Source: Hyalangium versicolor
GTDB taxonomy: Bacteria > Myxococcota > Myxococcia > Myxococcales > Myxococcaceae
Length of the DNA: 64,000 nt
Direction of reading: 5' to 3'
NCBI RefSeq assembly: GCF_020103695.1
Contig: NZ_JAHXBF010000014.1
Location: 108,297-172,296, forward strand
A program made the translations under genes and the position numbers. Shown here one piece after another: positions 9,381-21,539 of this stretch (position 1 is the first letter of the stretch; each line of letters starts with the position of its first letter). Under the pieces are notes generated by a model that was not told where the DNA came from, did no database searches, and saw nothing but the letters and a program-made list of their open reading frames with translations.

Positions 9381-10283
9381 CTAGCGGCTCTTCTTCGGGG
9401 CGCCGCGCTTGAGCGCCTCCTGGAGCGTGGTGCCCAGCTCCGTGGGGCTCGCGGCCATCAGGAAGCCCGCTGCCTCCATCGCCTTGATCTTCTCCGCGGC
9501 GGTGCCCTTGCCACCGGAGATGATGGCGCCCGCGTGGCCCATGCGCTTGCCCGGAGGAGCGGACTGGCCCGCGATGAAGCCGGCGATGGGCTTGGTGAAC
9601 TCGCGCGCCACGTACTCGGCGGCGGACTCCTCGGCGTTGCCGCCGATCTCGCCGATCATGATGACCGCGTCCGTCTCCGGATCGGCGTTGAACAGCTTGA
9701 GGCAGTCGATGAAGTCCGTGCCGTTGACCGGATCGCCACCGATACCCACCGCCGTGCTCTGGCCCAGGCCGAGCTGCGTGAGCTGGTGCACGGCCTCATA
9801 CGTCAGCGTGCCCGAGCGGGACACCACGCCGATGCGGCCCGGCTTGTGGATGTGGCCCGGCATGATGCCGATCTTGCACTTGGCGCCCGGGGTGATGACG
9901 CCGGGGCAGTTGGGGCCGATGAGGCGCACGCCCGGCTTGCCCTGGAGGTAGCGCTTGGCGCGGACCATGTCGTTGACGGGGATGCCCTCGGTGATGGTGA
10001 TGATGAGGGAGATGCCCGCGTCAGCGGCCTCCATGATGGAGTCCGCGGCGAACGGCGGCGGCACGAAGATGACCGAGGTGTTGACGCCGGCCTGCTTCAC
10101 CGCGTCGGCCACGGTGTTGAAGATGGGGACCTTGCCCTCGAAGTCGGTACCGCCCTTGCCCGGGGTGACGCCGGCGACGAGCTTGGTGCCATACTCCAGC
10201 ATCTGCTTGGCGTGGAACGAGCCCGCCGAGCCCGTGATGCCCTGACAGAGGACCTTGGTGTTCTCGTTGACGAGGATGCTCAT
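9381..10283 (-). CDS. sucD: succinyl-CoA synthetase alpha subunit
   Basis: [18 protein letters not shown]..., CoA-binding GxTGxxG, and the phosphohistidine loop ([12 protein letters not shown]). The tracked ORF carries a 152 aa His/Arg/Gly-rich artefact upstream. The ATG at 10283 was verified. Confidence 0.9.
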   Translation of the reverse strand: MSILVNENTKVLCQGITGSAGSFHAKQMLEYGTKLVAGVTPGKGGTDFEGKVPIFNTVADAVKQAGVNTSVIFVPPPFAADSIMEAADAGISLIITITEGIPVNDMVRAKRYLQGKPGVRLIGPNCPGVITPGAKCKIGIMPGHIHKPGRIGVVSRSGTLTYEAVHQLTQLGLGQSTAVGIGGDPVNGTDFIDCLKLFNADPETDAVIMIGEIGGNAEESAAEYVAREFTKPIAGFIAGQSAPPGKRMGHAGAIISGGKGTAAEKIKAMEAAGFLMAASPTELGTTLQEALKRGAPKKSR

Positions 10284-10318
10284 GGGTAGCTCTCGGAAGA
10301 AGTGGGTGACGGACCTGG

Positions 10319-11479
10319 CTACTTGACGGCGGCGACGGCCTTCTCCGCCGCCTGCCGCAGGTTGTCCGCGGGGGTGATGGCCAGGCCGGAGTTGCGCAGC
10401 AGCTCCTTGCCCTTCTCCACGTTGGTGCCCTCGAGCCGCACCACGAGAGGCACCTTGAGCTGGACCTCCTTCGCCGCGGCGATGATGCCCTCGGCGATGA
10501 CGTCGCACTTCATGATGCCGCCGAAGATGTTCACCAGCACCGCCTTCACGAGCGGGTCGGCGAGAATGAGCTTGAAGGCCGCCGTCACCTTCTCCTTGCT
10601 CGCGCCGCCGCCCACGTCCAGGAAGTTGGCCGGGCTGCCGCCCACCAGCTTGATGGTGTCCATGGTGGCCATGGCGAGGCCCGCACCGTTCACCATGCAG
10701 CCGATGTTGCCCTCGAGCGCGATGTAGGCCAGATCCCACTCCTTGGCCTGCGTCTCACGGGGCTCCTCCTCGGCCAGGTCGCGGTACGCCAGCAGATCCT
10801 TGTGCCGGTAGAGCGCGTTCTCGTCGAAGTTCACCTTCGCGTCGAGCGCCACCACGCCGCCATCCTTGAGGATGACCAGCGGGTTGACCTCGACCAGCGA
10901 GGCATCCGTCTCCACGAACATCTTGTAGAGCGCGGTGCAGAACTGGACGAACTTGTTCACGGTGGGGCCGGAGAGGCCCAGCCCGAAGGCCAGCTTGCGG
11001 CCCTGGAAGTCCAGGAAGCCGACAGCCGGATCCACCGCCTCGCGGAGGATCTTCTCGGGGTGGTGGGCGGCGACCTCCTCGATCTCCACGCCTCCCTCCT
11101 TGGAGGCCATGAAGGTGATGCGCGAGGTGGCGCGGTCCAGCGTCACGCCGAGGTACAACTCCTGGGCGATCGCGAGGCCCTCTTCGATGTAGACCTTGTG
11201 GACCTCCTGACCCTCGGGACCGGTCTGGATGGTCTTCAGCTTCATGCCGAGCATGGCCTTGGCGAGGTCCTTCGCCTCGGCGGGGCTCTTGGCGAGCTTC
11301 ACTCCGCCGCCCTTGCCACGACCGCCGGCGTGAATCTGTGCCTTGACGACCACGACGGGGGTGGCCAGCTCCTTGGCAGCGGCCTCCGCATCCTTGGGAG
11401 ACAGCGCGAGAATGCCCCGGGGAGTGGGGACACCGTACTTCCGGAAGAGTTCCTTGCCCTGGTACTCGTGGATCTTCAT
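10319..11479 (-). CDS. sucC: succinyl-CoA synthetase beta subunit
   Basis: [18 protein letters not shown]..., ATP-grasp fold and a conserved C-terminus. The ATG at 11479 was verified. Confidence 0.9.
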   Translation of the reverse strand: MKIHEYQGKELFRKYGVPTPRGILALSPKDAEAAAKELATPVVVVKAQIHAGGRGKGGGVKLAKSPAEAKDLAKAMLGMKLKTIQTGPEGQEVHKVYIEEGLAIAQELYLGVTLDRATSRITFMASKEGGVEIEEVAAHHPEKILREAVDPAVGFLDFQGRKLAFGLGLSGPTVNKFVQFCTALYKMFVETDASLVEVNPLVILKDGGVVALDAKVNFDENALYRHKDLLAYRDLAEEEPRETQAKEWDLAYIALEGNIGCMVNGAGLAMATMDTIKLVGGSPANFLDVGGGASKEKVTAAFKLILADPLVKAVLVNIFGGIMKCDVIAEGIIAAAKEVQLKVPLVVRLEGTNVEKGKELLRNSGLAITPADNLRQAAEKAVAAVK

Positions 11480-11701
11480 CGAGGCTCCGGGTGAACAACC
11501 ATGGCTTGAGGCGTCAAGCGCGGGCAGCGTATTCGCGCAATACGCGCCTGAGTGCAAGGACGTTCACGGGCCTGGGGTGACAGCAACCCCTATGTAGGCA
11601 TGAGCGAAGCTTCAGCTCGCCGCCTCCGCACATGACACGGCCCTGCCTCGGGCGCATGGGCTCCGAGTGCAGGGCCGATTGAAGCCAGGCTGGCCTTTCG
11701 G

Positions 11702-12505
11702 TCACCCCGGACCGGAGCTCGCCTTGCGCTCCTCTTCCTTGAAGAAGATGTCCTTCACCAGCACCTTCGTCACCTCGCGGTTCATCACCGCGATGGACGA
11801 GGTGAGCGGGATCTCCTTCGGGCACACCTTCACGCAGTTCTGGGCCTTGCCGCAGTCCTGCACGCCACCCGGGCCCATCAGCGCCCGCGTGCGCTCCTCG
11901 GAGTTCATCTTCCCCGTGGGGTTCATGTTGAACAGGCGCGCCTGGCTGATCGCCGCCGCTCCCACGAAGTCGTTGTCGATCGTCACCTGCGGGCACGCCT
12001 CCAGGCAGCTGCCGCAGGTGATGCACGTGGAGAGCACGTACATGAGGGACTGATCATGAGGAGACTGTCGCGGGCCCGGCCCCAGGTTGTGCGTCCCATC
12101 CACCGGGATCCAACCCTTCACCCGCTTGAGCGCCTCGAACATCCGGTTGCGGTCCACCGTGAGATCCCGCACCACCGGGAACTTCTTCAGCGGATCCAGG
12201 GTGATCGGCTGCTCCAGCTTGTCGATCAGCGCCGAGCAGGCCATCCGCACCCGCCCGTTGATGTTCATCGCGCAGCTGCCACACACCTCCTCGAGGCATG
12301 CCGCGTCCCACACCACCGGGGCCACCTTCTTGCCCTGCACCGTGGTGGGGTTGCGCTGGATCTCCATCAAGCACGACACGACGTTCGCGCCCTTGCGATA
12401 GGGGATCCGGAACTCGTCATAGTGGCCCTCGTTGCCCGGCCCGTCCTGGCGCCAGATACGAAAGGTCACGGTCTGCGTGGTAGCGCCTGCCTGTGCGTTA
12501 TCCAT
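11702..12505 (-). CDS. sdhB: succinate dehydrogenase/fumarate reductase iron-sulfur subunit
   Basis: Three Cys clusters: [2Fe-2S] (CLEEVCGSCAMNINGRVRMAC), [4Fe-4S] (CITCGSCLEACP) and [3Fe-4S] (CGKAQNCVKVCP). Confidence 0.9.
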   Translation of the reverse strand: MDNAQAGATTQTVTFRIWRQDGPGNEGHYDEFRIPYRKGANVVSCLMEIQRNPTTVQGKKVAPVVWDAACLEEVCGSCAMNINGRVRMACSALIDKLEQPITLDPLKKFPVVRDLTVDRNRMFEALKRVKGWIPVDGTHNLGPGPRQSPHDQSLMYVLSTCITCGSCLEACPQVTIDNDFVGAAAISQARLFNMNPTGKMNSEERTRALMGPGGVQDCGKAQNCVKVCPKEIPLTSSIAVMNREVTKVLVKDIFFKEEERKASSGPG

Positions 12506-12520
12506 GATGCGTTCCCTTGA

Positions 12521-14398
12521 CTACGCGTACCAACGAGGCTCCGGCTCGAGCACCGGGGTGGCGATGTTCTCGTAGGAGATCTGCGGCCCCTCCACCGAGT
12601 ACTTCGCGATCGTCGTCTTCGCCCACTTCTCGTGGCGCTGCTTCCAGAGATCCATCCACTGCGGATCCTCGCGCGGATCCTTCGACTTCGGCTCCGGCAG
12701 CGAGGCGTCCGGCTTGTAATGAGCGCCGCGGCTCTCGTCGCGCATGAGCGCGCCGGTGGCGATCACCTCGCCCAGCTCCAACATGTTCCACAGCTGGTTG
12801 GTGAAGGACAGCGCGCGGTTGGCCACGTTGCCCGTATCGAGCACGTTGCAGTTCTTCCAGCGCTCCTTCATCTCGCGGATCTTCTCGACCGTCTTCTTGA
12901 GCCGATCGTTGTAGCGGACGACGGTGCAGTTCTCCGTCATCAGCTCGCCCAGCTCCTTCGAGATCTGGTACGGGTTCTCCGCGCCCGCCATCTTCTTGAT
13001 CGTGGCGAAGCGATCATCCCAGTACTTCTTCGCGTCCGTGAAGTGCCTGGCGCTCTGGGCCTCGGCGGACTTCGCGTTGTTCTTCGCGTACGCCACCATC
13101 GCCGGCCCGCCGATCTGCCCCGAGTAGATGCAGGACAGCAGCGAGTTGGCGCCCAGCCGGTTCGCGCCGTGGAAGGCGTAGTCGGCCTCGCCCGCCGCGT
13201 ACAGGCCGGGGATGTTGGTGGACTGGTTCTTCGGGCTGCCGTCGGCCGGCGTGAGCGTCTTCGGATCCGCCTCGAAGTTCACATACAGGCCGCCCATCGA
13301 GTAGTGCATGCCCGGGAAGATGACCATCGGCGTGTGGCGCGGGTCGTCTCCCACGAACTTCTCGTAGATCTCCATCACGCCCTTGATCTTCGCGTCGAGC
13401 GTGGGAGCCGGGATATGCGTCACGTCCAGGTACACGCCGTCCCGTCCGCCGATGCCCATGCCCAGATCGCGGCAGACCATGAAGATCTCGCGGGTGGCCA
13501 CATCGCGCGGAACCAGGTTCTTGTACTTGGGGTACTTCTCCTCGAGGAAGTACCAGCGCTCGCCCTCGGGGATCTCCCGCGGCGCTCGCGTGTCGCCCTT
13601 CTTCTTCGGCACCCAGACGCGGCCACCCTCGCCGCGCACCGACTCGCTCATCAGGCGCAGCTTGTCCTCGCCCGGGATCGACGTCGGGTGCACCTGGATG
13701 AACTCGCCGTTGGCGTAGATCGCGCCCTCCATATAGGCGCGGCCCGCCGCGGTGCCCGTGTTGATGATGGAGTTCGTCGAACGCCCGAAGACGATGCCCG
13801 GGCCACCCGTCGCCAGGCACACCGCCTCGGCGGGGAACGTGCGGATCTCCATGGTGCGCAAGTCCAGCGCCACGCTGCCGATGCACCGGCCGGACTCGTC
13901 CTTCACCGTGCCGAGCCACTCCCAGTACTCGTACTTGGTGACCTTGCCCTCGGCCTCGTAGCGGCGCACCTGCTCGTCCAGCGCGTAGAGCAACTGCTGG
14001 CCAGTGGTGGCGCCCGCGAAGGCCGTGCGGTGGTGGAGCGTGCCGCCGAAGCGCCGGAAGTCCAGCAGGCCCTCGGCGGTGCGGTTGAACGTCACGCCCA
14101 TGCGGTCGAGCATGTAGATGATGCCCGGGGCCGCGTAGCACATGCCCTTCACTGACACCTGCTCGGCCAGGAAGTCGCCGCCGCGCAGCGTGTCCTTCAC
14201 GTGGATGTCCGGGTGATCGCCCTCACCCTTGGTGTTCACCGCGCCGTTGATGCCGCCCTGCGCACAGACCGAGTGCGAGCGCTTCACCGGCACGATCGAG
14301 AGGACGTCGACCTGGTGGCCAGCCTCGGCCAGCTTGATGGTCGTCATCAACCCCGCCAGCCCACCACCCACCACTGTGAACCGCGCTGCTGCTGCCAT
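12521..14398 (-). CDS. sdhA: succinate dehydrogenase/fumarate reductase flavoprotein subunit
   Basis: N-terminal FAD fold (VVGGGLAGLM), the covalent-FAD His region (RSHSVCAQGGINGA) and a conserved capping domain. 625 aa. Confidence 0.9.
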   Translation of the reverse strand: MAAAARFTVVGGGLAGLMTTIKLAEAGHQVDVLSIVPVKRSHSVCAQGGINGAVNTKGEGDHPDIHVKDTLRGGDFLAEQVSVKGMCYAAPGIIYMLDRMGVTFNRTAEGLLDFRRFGGTLHHRTAFAGATTGQQLLYALDEQVRRYEAEGKVTKYEYWEWLGTVKDESGRCIGSVALDLRTMEIRTFPAEAVCLATGGPGIVFGRSTNSIINTGTAAGRAYMEGAIYANGEFIQVHPTSIPGEDKLRLMSESVRGEGGRVWVPKKKGDTRAPREIPEGERWYFLEEKYPKYKNLVPRDVATREIFMVCRDLGMGIGGRDGVYLDVTHIPAPTLDAKIKGVMEIYEKFVGDDPRHTPMVIFPGMHYSMGGLYVNFEADPKTLTPADGSPKNQSTNIPGLYAAGEADYAFHGANRLGANSLLSCIYSGQIGGPAMVAYAKNNAKSAEAQSARHFTDAKKYWDDRFATIKKMAGAENPYQISKELGELMTENCTVVRYNDRLKKTVEKIREMKERWKNCNVLDTGNVANRALSFTNQLWNMLELGEVIATGALMRDESRGAHYKPDASLPEPKSKDPREDPQWMDLWKQRHEKWAKTTIAKYSVEGPQISYENIATPVLEPEPRWYA

Positions 14399-14627
14399 GC
14401 ATCGTCTCCTTCACTGCCAGGAGCCAGGGGGCCGCCAGCCCGCCAAGCTCGGCGCTCGGCGAGCGCACCACCCCAACCCCTCGGTGCGGGTTCTCCAGGC
14501 TAGATAACTTGGCGAAACTCCGCTGCAATCTCGGAGGCACGCGCGATAAGCGCGCGCCATTCACGACATAAGGCCCGCCCTACCCGGGAAGTCCCGAGCG
14601 GGGCAGGCCTGGTTTCAAGGCACCGGA

Positions 14628-16887
<2,260 letters not shown>

Positions 16888-17055
16888 GAGAGAGAGCTCC
16901 TGGATAGGTGTGACCGTGTATGCAGGGGGGCGGATAGTCCGGAACCCGCTCCCTCCAGTCAAGCTGTTTGGCCACTGATCAGGCGCCTCTGACTTATCGA
17001 AGCCAGAGCCTCAGCAAGGGTTGAACCGTCCTCCCTCCCAAGCTTCCGTGGTTTC

Positions 17056-17595
17056 ATGCGCCCGGGAGGAATGATGCTGAACCGTACACCTGTCTCCGGG
17101 CCCTACGTGGCCCTCGTCCTGTCTCTCATGCTGGCTCCCGTAGCGGCCCTCGCTGACGAGCCCCGCAATCCGGAGGAAACCACCCTCCGCCAGCTCATCG
17201 CCGCGCAGACCGAGGCGTGGAACCGCCACGACGCCGCGCAGTGGAGCAAGGACTTCGCCCCGGACGCCGACTTCGTCAACATCGCGGGGACCGTCTTCCA
17301 GGGCCGCGCGGAGATCGAGAAGCGCCACGCCGGCATCTTCGCCAGCATCTTCAAGAACAGCCGGACCCAGGTGACCGTCCGCCGGCTCGTGTTCCTCGGC
17401 CCGGACATCGCCGTGGTTGATACCGATCACGAGGTGACCGGCCATGAGGGGCTCCCCCCGGGAGTGCAGAACACGGAGGACGGCGTGCTCCGGACCCGGA
17501 TGAGGTACGTGATGCGCAAGGCAGAGGGGAAGTGGCTGATCGCCGCGGGGCAGAACACGGATGTGAAGCCTGCGCCCAAGGCCCCCAAGAAATAG
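17056..17595 (+). CDS. secreted SgcJ/EcaC-type (DUF4440, NTF2-like fold) protein
   Basis: N-terminal signal peptide (PYVALVLSLMLAPVAALA) followed by an NTF2-like/SnoaL-like core (TEAWNRHDAAQWSKDFAPDADFVNIAG...). The start may be the internal Met at 17071. Confidence 0.6.
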   Translation: MRPGGMMLNRTPVSGPYVALVLSLMLAPVAALADEPRNPEETTLRQLIAAQTEAWNRHDAAQWSKDFAPDADFVNIAGTVFQGRAEIEKRHAGIFASIFKNSRTQVTVRRLVFLGPDIAVVDTDHEVTGHEGLPPGVQNTEDGVLRTRMRYVMRKAEGKWLIAAGQNTDVKPAPKAPKK

Positions 17596-17782
17596 TCCGG
17601 GATTTTCGCGGTGCGTCATCGGACCCGAGGGCACGGTGTTCGGCAGCCTGCCCAGGGAACGTCTGGAAGGTGTCAGCCCATTCGGGTGTTTACGCGCGGC
17701 GTCGTGATTTCCGGAGATCCTGGGATCATCATGGCGCGCTCACGTGTTCTATACGTGGGGTCTCCAACGGGGGTGCAGTGCC

Positions 17783-17977
17783 ATGGAATGGCTCGAGTTC
17801 AATCGGTGGTCCCAGGAGGTGCAGAAGCGCCTCGCGCTCCAGGCCGCGCGCCTGCATGAAGTCTCGCAGAGCCTTCCCAAGCCCACGGTCACCGCCGCGC
17901 AGGCCTACCATCTGCAGGCCATGTTGCGGCGGCAACCGTCCACCAACCCCTGGGGGCACCCAAACGCCGAGCGCTGA
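17783..17977 (+). CDS. small hypothetical protein (64 aa)
   Basis: ATG at 17783 (MEWLEFNRWSQEVQKRLALQAARLHEV...) with GC-rich third codon positions like the surrounding genes. There is no recognisable domain. It lies in a roughly 395 bp gap between convergent genes. Confidence 0.3.
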   Translation: MEWLEFNRWSQEVQKRLALQAARLHEVSQSLPKPTVTAAQAYHLQAMLRRQPSTNPWGHPNAER

Positions 17978-17990
17978 ACTGTCTGGGTGA

Positions 17991-19433
17991 TCAGGCAGCG
18001 GTGGAGCGCTGGCGAAGCACCGTGCGCTCCACCTTGCCCATCGCGTTGCGCGGCAGCGCGTCGATGGGCAGGAAGCGCGACGGGACCTTGAAGCCCGCCA
18101 ACGAGCGCCGGCACCAGCCGTCGAGATCCTCCGGGAAGGCATGGCCGGAGCGGAGCACGACGAAGGCCACGGGCACCTCGCCCCAACGCGCGTCCGGTAT
18201 TCCCACCACCGCGACCTCCTGCACTGCGGGGTGTGAGGCGATCACCGTCTCGATCTCCATCGGGTAGAGGTTCTCTCCGCCTCGGAGGATCAGATCGGTG
18301 CGTCGGGAGAGCACTGTCAGGCGCCCGCGCTCGTCCAGCATCCCCACATCGCGGGTGCGCAGCCAGCCGTCCCGGAGCGTCTCGCGGGTGGCGTCGGGCC
18401 GGTTCAGGTAGCCCGCCATCACCGTGGGGCCTCGGACCTCGATGTCCCCTTCCCTCCCCGCTCCAAGCACCTCTCCCTCGGGTCCGACGATCCGTATCGA
18501 CAGGCCAGGCAGCGCGGGCCCCGCCGTGCGCCCGTCGGCCTCGGAGGGACGCTCCGTGGCCACCTGCGAGCACGCCTCCGTCAGTCCGTAGGTCTGCAGC
18601 GCCAGCAGCTTCGCGGCTCGGGCCCGTTCCAACAGCGGCGTCGGCACCGGGCCTCCGCCGATCAGCGCCAGGCGGAAGGTCTCTGGGAGCCGACGGTCCT
18701 GGCGATCATCGAGGACCCGTTCCAGCGTAGTGGCCACGAAGCTCGCGTGCGTGACGCCCTCGGCGTCGATGGCTCGGTTCACGGCCCCCGCGTCGAAGCG
18801 ATCGTGCAGGATGAGGCACCCACCCTCGTAGGCACAGCGCGTGAGCATCGCCAGCCCGCCGACATGGAAGAGCGGCAACGTGCCGAGCCAGCGCGGCGCC
18901 GGGTATGCCCCAAGGTTCGCCGCCGAGCACTGGCAGGACGCGCGGAAGTTGCCCTCCGTGATCACCGCGCCCTTGGGCCGCCCCGTGGTGCCAGACGTGA
19001 ACAGCACGACGCGCGGCGCCGAGTCCTCCAGCGACTCACAGGTCGCCGAGGGCTCCTGCACGGCATCCGCCCACGTCTCCAGGAGTTCGGCTCCAGGGAG
19101 GCGATCTCTCAGCGCGCCCAGGGCCAGCATCAGGCGCGGAGACACATCCTGGAGGAGCGGCGCGAGTTCCGCGGAGGTCAGCCGGGCATTGAGCGGCGCG
19201 AGCAGCGCTCCCAGTCGGCCGAGCGCGAAGAAGAGGAACACACAGGCCGCGTGGTTGGTCGAGAGCACCACGACGCGGTCTCCCGCTCCAATGCTCCGAG
19301 CCTGGAGCGCAGCCACCCAGCGGCCAACCTCCACATCCAGCGTCCGGTAGGTCCAGCGTCGTCCGGCGAAGGTCAGGGCCTCGGCGTCAGGCCAGCGTGA
19401 GGCGCCCTCCCGGATGGGACAGCTCTGAGTCAT
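17991..19433 (-). CDS. menE: o-succinylbenzoate--CoA ligase (acyl-CoA synthetase family)
   Basis: AMP-binding motifs (LFTSGTTGRPKGAV; YGLTE; GWLRTRDVG). The tracked ORF has a 62 aa artefact. The ATG at 19433 lies 4 nt downstream of the menC stop. The MenE assignment rests on family membership plus the men-cluster context. Confidence 0.75.
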   Translation of the reverse strand: MTQSCPIREGASRWPDAEALTFAGRRWTYRTLDVEVGRWVAALQARSIGAGDRVVVLSTNHAACVFLFFALGRLGALLAPLNARLTSAELAPLLQDVSPRLMLALGALRDRLPGAELLETWADAVQEPSATCESLEDSAPRVVLFTSGTTGRPKGAVITEGNFRASCQCSAANLGAYPAPRWLGTLPLFHVGGLAMLTRCAYEGGCLILHDRFDAGAVNRAIDAEGVTHASFVATTLERVLDDRQDRRLPETFRLALIGGGPVPTPLLERARAAKLLALQTYGLTEACSQVATERPSEADGRTAGPALPGLSIRIVGPEGEVLGAGREGDIEVRGPTVMAGYLNRPDATRETLRDGWLRTRDVGMLDERGRLTVLSRRTDLILRGGENLYPMEIETVIASHPAVQEVAVVGIPDARWGEVPVAFVVLRSGHAFPEDLDGWCRRSLAGFKVPSRFLPIDALPRNAMGKVERTVLRQRSTAA

Positions 19434-19437
19434 CGCA

Positions 19438-20577
19438 TCATCCTGGCAACCCGAGTCCCGGCGCATCCGGCAATTGGATGCGGCCTCCCACAGGGCGGTA
19501 GAGATCCTCCGCCGGATCATCCACCTTGAAGAGCTTCCCCACTCCGAGCCCCGAGGCGAGCTTCCCCGAAGGCAGCGCCGCAGCCAGGTGGGCCGCGCCC
19601 GCTCGCGAGACGATCCCATCCAGCGAACTCGTCACGAAAGCCTCCAGCCCTCGCTGATGCGCCTCCCGCGCGAACATCAGCGCGGGCAGCAGCCCTCCGA
19701 GCACCATGGGCTTGAGCACGAAGGCCCGCGCGGCCGGCATGCGATCGGCGGTGCCTCCGAGCAGCACGGGGATGGCTTCGGGTAAGGCAAGAGATTCATC
19801 CGCGGCCAGGGGGAATGGCGCACGCCGCTGGAGCCGCCAGAGCCCTCGAAGATCTTCCGGCGCCACAGGCTGCTCACACAGCTCGAGCCCGTACCAGCCC
19901 AGCCGATCCACCGCGTGCACCGCCTCGCGCTCCGACCAGCCCCCGTTCGCATCCACCCGGATGTTCACCTCGGAGCCCACCGCCTCGCGAACCGCTCGGA
20001 GCCGTGCCTCGTCCGCGTCGAGCGGCCGGCCTGCCACCTTCAGCTTGACCGTCCGATAGCCCTCTGCCACCGCCTGGCGAGCCTCCTCGGCCAGCTCCCG
20101 CGGATCCTCCGCCGTGAGCAGCGCGTTCACCAGGACCTCCGAGCGCGAAGCCCGGTTGAGCAGCCGGCTCAGGGGGATCTCCCGACGCTGCGAGAGCAGA
20201 TCCAGCAGCGCCAGCTCCACCGCATGGTCCGCCGCAGGGGCCTCGGGCAGATCATCCTCGACTCGCAGCTGCGCGCCTCTCCACTGTGACGGATCCCCTC
20301 GGGGAGCGGCGAAGGCATCCTCGATAGCATCCAGGCTGTCGCTGAGCACCTGGTCCCTCAGCGCCTTGAGGTGGCTGCGAATCACCTGCTCACAGGTGTC
20401 CAGGGACTCGGTGCCGAACTCCGGCAGCGGCATGGCCTCGCCCTGCCCCACCCGGCCCTCTTCATCCACGAGCTTCACGAGGAAGCCCTCTCGCGCCGCG
20501 TACGTCGCCCGAGCCGTCTTCAGCGGGCGCACGAGCTCCAGCCGCGAGGGCGTCAGCCTCGTCTCGGTGATGTGCAT
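19438..20577 (-). CDS. menC: o-succinylbenzoate synthase (enolase superfamily, MLE/MenC subgroup)
   Basis: Enolase-superfamily barrel with metal-ligand spacing (..VKLKVAG.., ..IRVDANGGW.., ..LCEQPV..). It sits between menE and menA. Confidence 0.7.
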   Translation of the reverse strand: MHITETRLTPSRLELVRPLKTARATYAAREGFLVKLVDEEGRVGQGEAMPLPEFGTESLDTCEQVIRSHLKALRDQVLSDSLDAIEDAFAAPRGDPSQWRGAQLRVEDDLPEAPAADHAVELALLDLLSQRREIPLSRLLNRASRSEVLVNALLTAEDPRELAEEARQAVAEGYRTVKLKVAGRPLDADEARLRAVREAVGSEVNIRVDANGGWSEREAVHAVDRLGWYGLELCEQPVAPEDLRGLWRLQRRAPFPLAADESLALPEAIPVLLGGTADRMPAARAFVLKPMVLGGLLPALMFAREAHQRGLEAFVTSSLDGIVSRAGAAHLAAALPSGKLASGLGVGKLFKVDDPAEDLYRPVGGRIQLPDAPGLGLPG

Positions 20578-20584
20578 GCGCTCT

Positions 20585-21532
20585 TCACCTCAGGTAGAGA
20601 CCCAAGGCGAAGAGTAGCCCGAACACGAGCTGCAGGCGCGCCGTTCCCCCGAGTGCCGGGTTCAACGCCGCCCCCTCGGCTCCGAGCACGAGTCGCAACG
20701 GCCCCACGGCCAGCGGCGCGCTCAGGAGTGAGAGAAACACCCACGCGCTGGAGAGCCCGAAGGTGTAGAGGATGAACGGGGTGGCGTAAGAGGCCACCAG
20801 CAACACGATGTACTCCGCCTTGCCGGCCCCCGTGCCGAAGCGGACGATCAAGGTGCGCTTGTTGGCCTTCACGTCCGTCTTCGCATCGCGCAGGTTGTTG
20901 ACGACGAGGAGCGCCGTGCCCAGCGCGCCCACCGGAATGGCGGCGAGCCACGCGGCCGAGCTCACCGTGAGCGCCTGCACGTAATAGGTGCCCATCACCG
21001 CCACGAGCCCGAAGAACACGAAGACGAACACGTCTCCCAGCCCATGGTAGGCCAGAGGGGCGGGCCCACCCGTATAGGCATAGCCGCACAGCACCGAGGA
21101 CAGGCCGATGATCACGATGGGCCAGCCTCCCACCCACACCAGATAGGAACCCGAGAGGATGGCCAGGCCGAAGCACGCCATGGCTCCCGCCAGCACCGTG
21201 CTCGGAGCGATGAGCCCGCTCTGGGTGACGCGCACGGGCCCGAGGCGCTCCTCGGTGTCGGCGCCCTTCTTGAAGTCGTAGTAGTCGTTGGTGAAGTTGG
21301 TGCCGATCTGGATCAGCAGCGCCCCCACGAGCGCCGCGATCGCCGGCAGCCAGCGGCCCACCTGCTCGCCGAACGCCAGGCCCGTGCCCACCGCCACCGG
21401 CACCAACGAGGCCGTGAGCGTCTTGGGCCGGACGGCCATCAACCAGACCTTGAGCGAGGGACGAGGACGGGCCTCACCTCCCGGGACGGGAGCGGCGGGG
21501 CTCAGAGAGGGCGAGGCGGCATCGGGCTTCAT
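20585..21532 (-). CDS. menA: 1,4-dihydroxy-2-naphthoate polyprenyltransferase (UbiA superfamily)
   Basis: Multi-TM UbiA-family protein with an Asp-rich motif (NDYYDFKKGAD). The start at ATG 21532 (MKPDAASPS) was verified. The upstream 36 aa of the tracked ORF is an artefact. Confidence 0.8.
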   Translation of the reverse strand: MKPDAASPSLSPAAPVPGGEARPRPSLKVWLMAVRPKTLTASLVPVAVGTGLAFGEQVGRWLPAIAALVGALLIQIGTNFTNDYYDFKKGADTEERLGPVRVTQSGLIAPSTVLAGAMACFGLAILSGSYLVWVGGWPIVIIGLSSVLCGYAYTGGPAPLAYHGLGDVFVFVFFGLVAVMGTYYVQALTVSSAAWLAAIPVGALGTALLVVNNLRDAKTDVKANKRTLIVRFGTGAGKAEYIVLLVASYATPFILYTFGLSSAWVFLSLLSAPLAVGPLRLVLGAEGAALNPALGGTARLQLVFGLLFALGLYLR

Positions 21533-21539
21533 GGGGAAC

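Noticed and set aside
10284-10739. 152 aa N-terminal extension on the tracked sucD ORF (His/Arg/Gly-rich)
   Set aside because: It overlaps the sucC 3' end in a different frame. SucD homology begins exactly at the internal ATG at 10283, which is preceded by the sucC stop region. Analogous artefactual extensions were trimmed for rplS, sucC, icd, menE, menA, aroC, aroB, carA, mnmA and the multihaem cytochrome.
12632-14155. 507 aa plus-strand ORF
   Set aside because: It is antisense to sdhA. The other long antisense ORFs share this logic: 7521-8753 opposite rlmN, 22409-24025 opposite menD, 38466-40337 opposite fadD, 50556-52376 opposite the SDR genes, 53440-54816 opposite the SPOR gene and 55919-57142 opposite mnmA.
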